From Guillardia theta CCMP2712 (Eukaryota > Protista > Cryptophyta), in the NCBI RefSeq assembly GCF_000315625.1, contig NW_005434663.1, positions 773,882 through 837,881 on the forward strand: 64,000 bases of DNA. Reading direction: 5' to 3'. How positions within the stretch are numbered: position 1 is the stretch's first letter; each line of letters starts with the position of its first letter. A model generated the notes under the pieces. That model had not been told where the DNA came from. It ran no database searches and saw only the letters and a program-made list of their open reading frames with translations. Position numbers and translations under genes: made by a program. Positions 59,101 through 64,000 of this stretch are shown here, piece after piece.

Positions 59101-60354
59101 AAGGAAAGGACTGTTTGGCTTCCCAGGGACGACGACGACGGCAGTCAGAGTCTCGATCCGGTTGGCGATACTGCAACCCGAGCTCGTCGAGCTAAGGGTT
59201 ATCTTGTCTCCGTCCGAGTAGATGTTCCCAACATCATTCGCCACTGATACAGCATCGCCCTTGGGCTCTACAATTGGAGAGCCCTGGAAGCTGTAGAAGA
59301 TAGTTGTCCCATTGATCGTCTCTTCCGTCTCTATCGTGATGTTCACCGACAGCCCAAACTCGCAGAAAGGATCAGTAGGACGGCAGGAGAAGGGATACCC
59401 CGACTGGAACGACAGCCGTGGCGGCTTCGCTGCATACCGACACGTCGCTCCGCTCTGAAACTTCCCACGAAACCACTCGCACTGCTGGTTCCAGGTACCG
59501 TCGTCGGCGCTGGTCCTGGTGAAAACACAGTCGTCCCGTGGAACACACTGAGGCTTCAGGAGTCCTGCCCCGGGGACGAACTGGTAGCCATCGAAGCATT
59601 TCAGTGCTAGAGAGGAAGGGAAGAACATCTCGTCTATGCCGTTCACCACTAGTGAGACGTTCAATGCCGGGAGCCACTTGTTCAGCAAGTCCGGTATCCC
59701 TTTAGAGTAGATGTCTGGTTTCGCAACGCTCTGGGTGCAACATGGTCCAAACGCGTCGTTGGTGACCCAACCTGCTCCGAGATAGGAAGAAGGAGGAGTG
59801 ACGCACGTCCTACAGTACAGCCCGCAAGATACAGGCTTGCAGCCGAAGGAAGCTGGCTGGTGTGGGGAGTAAAACCCAGAATCCAGGCAGGTGGCGTAGG
59901 CGGAGAAACCCTTGGAGTCATTCCTCTCGTACCCGCTGTTACAGGTGATGGGTACCACGTCAGCATACTCAGCCTTGAGGACCTCAGGAGCAGAGTTCGC
60001 CGGGGCGTTGGGGTACTTGCCGCACTTGATCTTTTCAAGACATGTCTGGTTGAACTCTGGGAACTCCACACACGTGTAGCCGCGAGTCGGGATCTTACAG
60101 CTGAGGGGGTCATGGGGGAGGTACTGTCCGAAGATCATCTCGACTAGACACCCACTGACGTAGGGATAGGCCGTGTAGTTGCACACATGGACAGGAGAAA
60201 GGGTCCCATTTTCGCAGCGTTGCTCAGCGGTGGCGCGGAGATGGTAGGAGTGAGTGGGTCGGTACGTGAGCGATGCTGCTGCAGGAGTGATGAAAGGGAG
60301 GGCAAGGAGGAGGAGGAGGAGGAGGAGGAGGAGGTGAGAGGCGACGCGCTGCAT
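56170..60354 (-). CDS. Secreted multidomain protein: Sushi/CCP-like, discoidin/CBM32-like and CGxCGG Cys-rich repeats (3' end unresolved near the gap)
   Basis: Signal peptide with poly-Leu. CGKYP...ITCNSGY...C...G and LKCFDGY are Sushi-like. YQVGTANDCNGRDVVRWRLYGS is discoidin/CBM32-like. DVCGECGGD, DRCGVCGG and DACGVCNG repeats continue into downstream exons. Confidence 0.68.
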
Positions 60355-60882
60355 TGCGCACTATCTCATTCGATGACGGCCATTCCTGCACAGAAGTCCT
60401 TTCACATGCTTGACTTTTTGTTTTGATTTTTTATTCTTTTTTTATTTTACAGGAAACAAAGAGAGCAGTTACGCCGTCAGGATGGCGTTCGGTCGCGGAG
60501 GCAGCGCCATGGTGAGATGAGGAGGCGGGGAGGAGGAAGGGGAGGGGAGAGAGGAGGAGGAAGGAGATGGGAGAGGGAGGGAGCGAGGAGGGACAGCAGG
60601 GAGCTGGAAGCGGGGAGCGGAGAGGGGGGGCAGCGAGTAGCAATGAAGCAGGAAAATGTACGCTGAGGCAAAGAAGACTCAGGACGTGGAGAACGGAGGC
60701 ATCGGAGAGGAGGATGGAGCATGGGAAAAAAGGCAGTGTTCATCAAGGAGGAGGGTGTGGGGAGGGAGAGGATGCAGGGAGGAAGGTGAAGGAGGATGAG
60801 GGTTGAGATCTTGGAGGAGTCACATGAAGGAGGCTGCACTTGTTCCGCCCCCGCCTGACTCGTTGCGTCAAAGTTGCAGGCC

Positions 60883-61293
60883 ATGTCCGGCAGGCCGAAA
60901 GTGAAGGTGATCGATCCCAGCATCGTGCCTGCTGCTCGTAAGGGTCTATCCTCACCATGGGCAGAGGTTGAACAGCGTCGCCTTTAGTTTCGCCTGACAC
61001 ATGTTTGTGGTCCAGTGCGACAGGAAAGGTCCCTTCACAACTGAGTACTCGGAGAACTTCTTTGTGCGTCTGTCTTGTCTTGCTTGCTCAGGAGCTCCTG
61101 ACATGCTGAAAGCTGCTCGTAAGAGACGACGACGATGAGCCGTCCAAGATTCAAATCTCTCAACTCCTCAACCGACCGGCGAGCTCGCTCTCGATGGATT
61201 CGTTGTTGGTGGAGCCCAACAAGGAGGAAGACATCGGTGATGATGTTGTTTCTTCTCGTTTGAGTGCAATAGTTGTTGGTGGCGGTGGTGAAT

Positions 61294-61391
<98 letters not shown>

Positions 61392-63014
61392 ATGTCTCCG
61401 ATGTTCTTGTTGTTTCTCGTTCTCATGACGAGCATCACAACAGACGAGTCACCGTACGCTGCTGAGCCGGTGAGGGCAATAATCAAGGACGTACATCCCA
61501 CGGTACCCGAGGACCCAGTCGTTGCGGCGATCATTCAGTCAGCGGACCAGCATCGGACTAAGAAAGAGAAACCCACACTGAAGAATCGCATCTCAGAGGT
61601 GACTGGTCACACCAAGAAGATGGAAGAAAACCTCGGAAGGAATGAGCAGAGGGGTTTCTTGCCTCAGAACGGAAGCTCTCGCCATACGAAGCTGTCTGCC
61701 GGAAAGATTAAGACAGGTCAAGAGATGCTTGTTTCTCTCCACCATCTCAACTCCTGTCGTGCTTGCTCGCAGGCAAGGTTGAAGTCATGGAAGGAGACAT
61801 TGGAACCTGGGTGCCGTTTGCTGAGGGCAAGTGGTACGAGAGGAAAGACAAGAGGTTCTCAGAAGAAATGAGGAGGTTGGGACCGTCAGTTTTCCTTCTG
61901 GTCTGATGGCTGTGAAGGTACATGTCTGGAATCCACCACATCAGCAGTCACAGGCCAACAAACATGCACGCGAGGTTTGAGACGACGACGCAAGGTGGGA
62001 GGAGGTGAAGGAGGTAGGACAGGAGTGATGGAGTGGTTGGCAGGGAAAGCTGGACAGGACGTGAGGAAGTCTTCAGTGTCGAGGCGTGAGGAGAAGAAAG
62101 GCTCTAGAGCAGTGAGTGCGAGGGCGGCAGCTCGGCAGTCCCGACCGACCTCGGCTCCTCCCAGTCATGGTTACAAGAATGTCCACGACAAGATCAAGAG
62201 GCTGGCGGAGAAAGATGTGCAGACCTTGATAGTCGGCGAAATGGGCTCGGTGCAACGAGAGGACAAGGACGATGGCAAGGTGGTGGTGGAGGAAGAGGAG
62301 GAGGAGAGGGTGAAGGAGAAGGAGCCCCTGAATGGTGGTAGAGGCGCAGTGGAGCGAGCTAGAGTGAACAAGCAGACCGTCGCTTCGCTTCTGTCTCACA
62401 GCAAGAAGGAGGAAAACCATGAGACGTCCAAGGCTCAGAAGGACAACAAACAGCCCAGCGAGAGTCCGGAGCAAGACTGGATTCTTGTGTCCCACGACGA
62501 TGTTGATGAGCGAGGAGGAGCAGGGGAGTCAGCAGGCGGAGAAGGAGAAAGAGCAGGAGGGAGCTGGCGGCCTTCGTCTCCTGCCGCCGCTGCGTGCATG
62601 CTGAGAGGAGGCCCCCCTCCCGGTTACAGGTTGTTCGCTCCCGGCGTTACCGCGTGGAAGAATCCGAAGAATTATTTCGGCCTTCCGCTCACCGCCTTGC
62701 AGGTAGAGGAGGAGGAGGAGGAGGAGGAGGAGAGGGAAGGAAATGGAGTGGAAACTGGGAGGGGAAGGAGAGGGAGCAAGGAGAGAGGCGTTGAGTCGAG
62801 GACTAGAGAGGAGGAGGAGGAAGCTAGTGTCGGAGGAGAGAGGGAAAGCGTTTGTCGTCGTGCTGAAGTTTTCTTGGCAGAGGATCACAGCGGCCGGAAA
62901 GAAGTCAACTTCGATACATCAAGGTAGGAGGAAGAGAAGAAGATGGACGGGAGTTTGGACAGAAGAGGATCAGTGGAGGAGAGAGGATGAGGAGGAGGAA
63001 GAAGAGACAAGCCT

Positions 63015-63050
<36 letters not shown>

Positions 63051-63560
63051 GGAGCATGTGGAGGACGTAGGAGAGAAGAATCTTTGATGTCCGTCCTGCA
63101 GGAAGTCCCGGAGTCCGACGATCTCATGGGGAGAGGCCGCAGTCTGCTCCTCTTCATCGCACGTCTCAAGATTTCCCGTTGAAGACAGGAGTGTAAGGAA
63201 GGAGGAGAGGAGAGGAGAGGAGAGGAGAGGAGAGGAGAGGAGAGGAGAGGAGAGGAGAGGAGAGGAGTCTGAAGGGTAGACCTGAGTGATAGGAGTAATG
63301 TGAGATCCATCCAGTCGTACTCTACAAACACCTCTCTTCTCATTTGTTCGGAGCATCCGCTGCGCAGTTGTCAGTATACTCCTCCTCCTCCTCTCCTCTT
63401 CTTCTCTTCTTCTCTCCCCTTTCTCCTTCTGACTTGCTCCTCCTCTCCTGTTCTTGTTCCTTCCTCCTCTTCTCCTCTCCTCCTCTTTCTGACCTCAACG
63501 ATGTCGCTCTCATCCAGTGTATCGTCCGAGAAGCTCACAATGAGGGTCTTGCGAATCTGA
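60883..63560 (+). CDS. Multi-exon low-complexity hypothetical protein
   Basis: Chain of charged open frames (61194-61871, 61977-62927) with short GT-AG introns. No domain recognised; boundaries approximate. Confidence 0.35.
61296..61391 (+). repeat. (GAT)n microsatellite, about 32 units
   Basis: Perfect trinucleotide run. Confidence 0.95.
63204..63265 (+). repeat. (AGAGG)n pentamer microsatellite
   Basis: Perfect pentanucleotide run. Confidence 0.92.
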
Positions 63561-63880
63561 GGCTGATGAATTAGACAAAATTGAGGAGGAGAAGGCAGGA
63601 GGGAGGAGGCAGGAGGCAGGAGGGGAGGCACAGGAAACAGGAGGGAGGGAGAAGGAGGAGGAGGAGAAGAGAGGAAGGAGATTGAGCTGCGAACAACATG
63701 GAGAACGAAGAGAGGTGTTGGAAAGAGGGAGGAGGGGAGGGGGAGAAGGAGGGTGCACCGAGTAGGAGGACTGAAGGAAATCATTCAGATCGGGAGGGTA
63801 AGGAGTGAATTCGTTGGTTCCATCAGCAATTCTTTCAATGAGATCTGGAATCTGAAAGGCATGTCAGGAACTTCTCTGCC

Positions 63881-63881
<1 letters not shown>

Positions 63882-63939
<58 letters not shown>
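63882..63939 (+). repeat. (CTG)n microsatellite
   Basis: Perfect trinucleotide run. Confidence 0.92.
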
Positions 63940-63940
<1 letters not shown>

Positions 63941-64000
63941 GCTGCTGCTCCTACTCCTCCTCCTCCTCCTCCCTTTCTCTGAACCTTGTCCTCTCACAAC

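Overview
Eukaryotic nuclear DNA with compact genes, very short introns (about 44-60 nt, GT-AG and at least one GC-AG) and many GGA/GAG low-complexity tracts. The style suggests a cryptophyte such as Guillardia theta; this is inference, not a search result. Ordinary spliced genes include an ELO fatty-acid elongase, a Bud20/ZNF593 homologue, a beta-helix plus TPR-like protein, an IQ-motif protein, a roughly 4,000-aa secreted IPT/Ig/FN3 repeat protein, a probably plastid-targeted PPR protein, a PAN/apple-FKBP protein and a Sushi/discoidin-like secreted protein. The notable content is four intronless TCP11/SOK1-family genes in two head-to-head pairs. They share a near-identical GC-rich core of about 1.7 kb (about 2.3 kb for copies 1 and 2) but have unrelated flanks, different N-terminal modules (one is a class-3 lipase) and different C-terminal tails, and their SNP patterns indicate recombination or gene conversion. 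A second intronless family, a coiled-coil protein with variable 7/11-residue repeats, sits in a duplicated patchwork block with a gypsy RNase H fragment. One copy of that block is flanked by a 1.06-kb direct duplication of host DNA that leaves both neighbouring genes intact. There is an assembly gap at 55412-56109.
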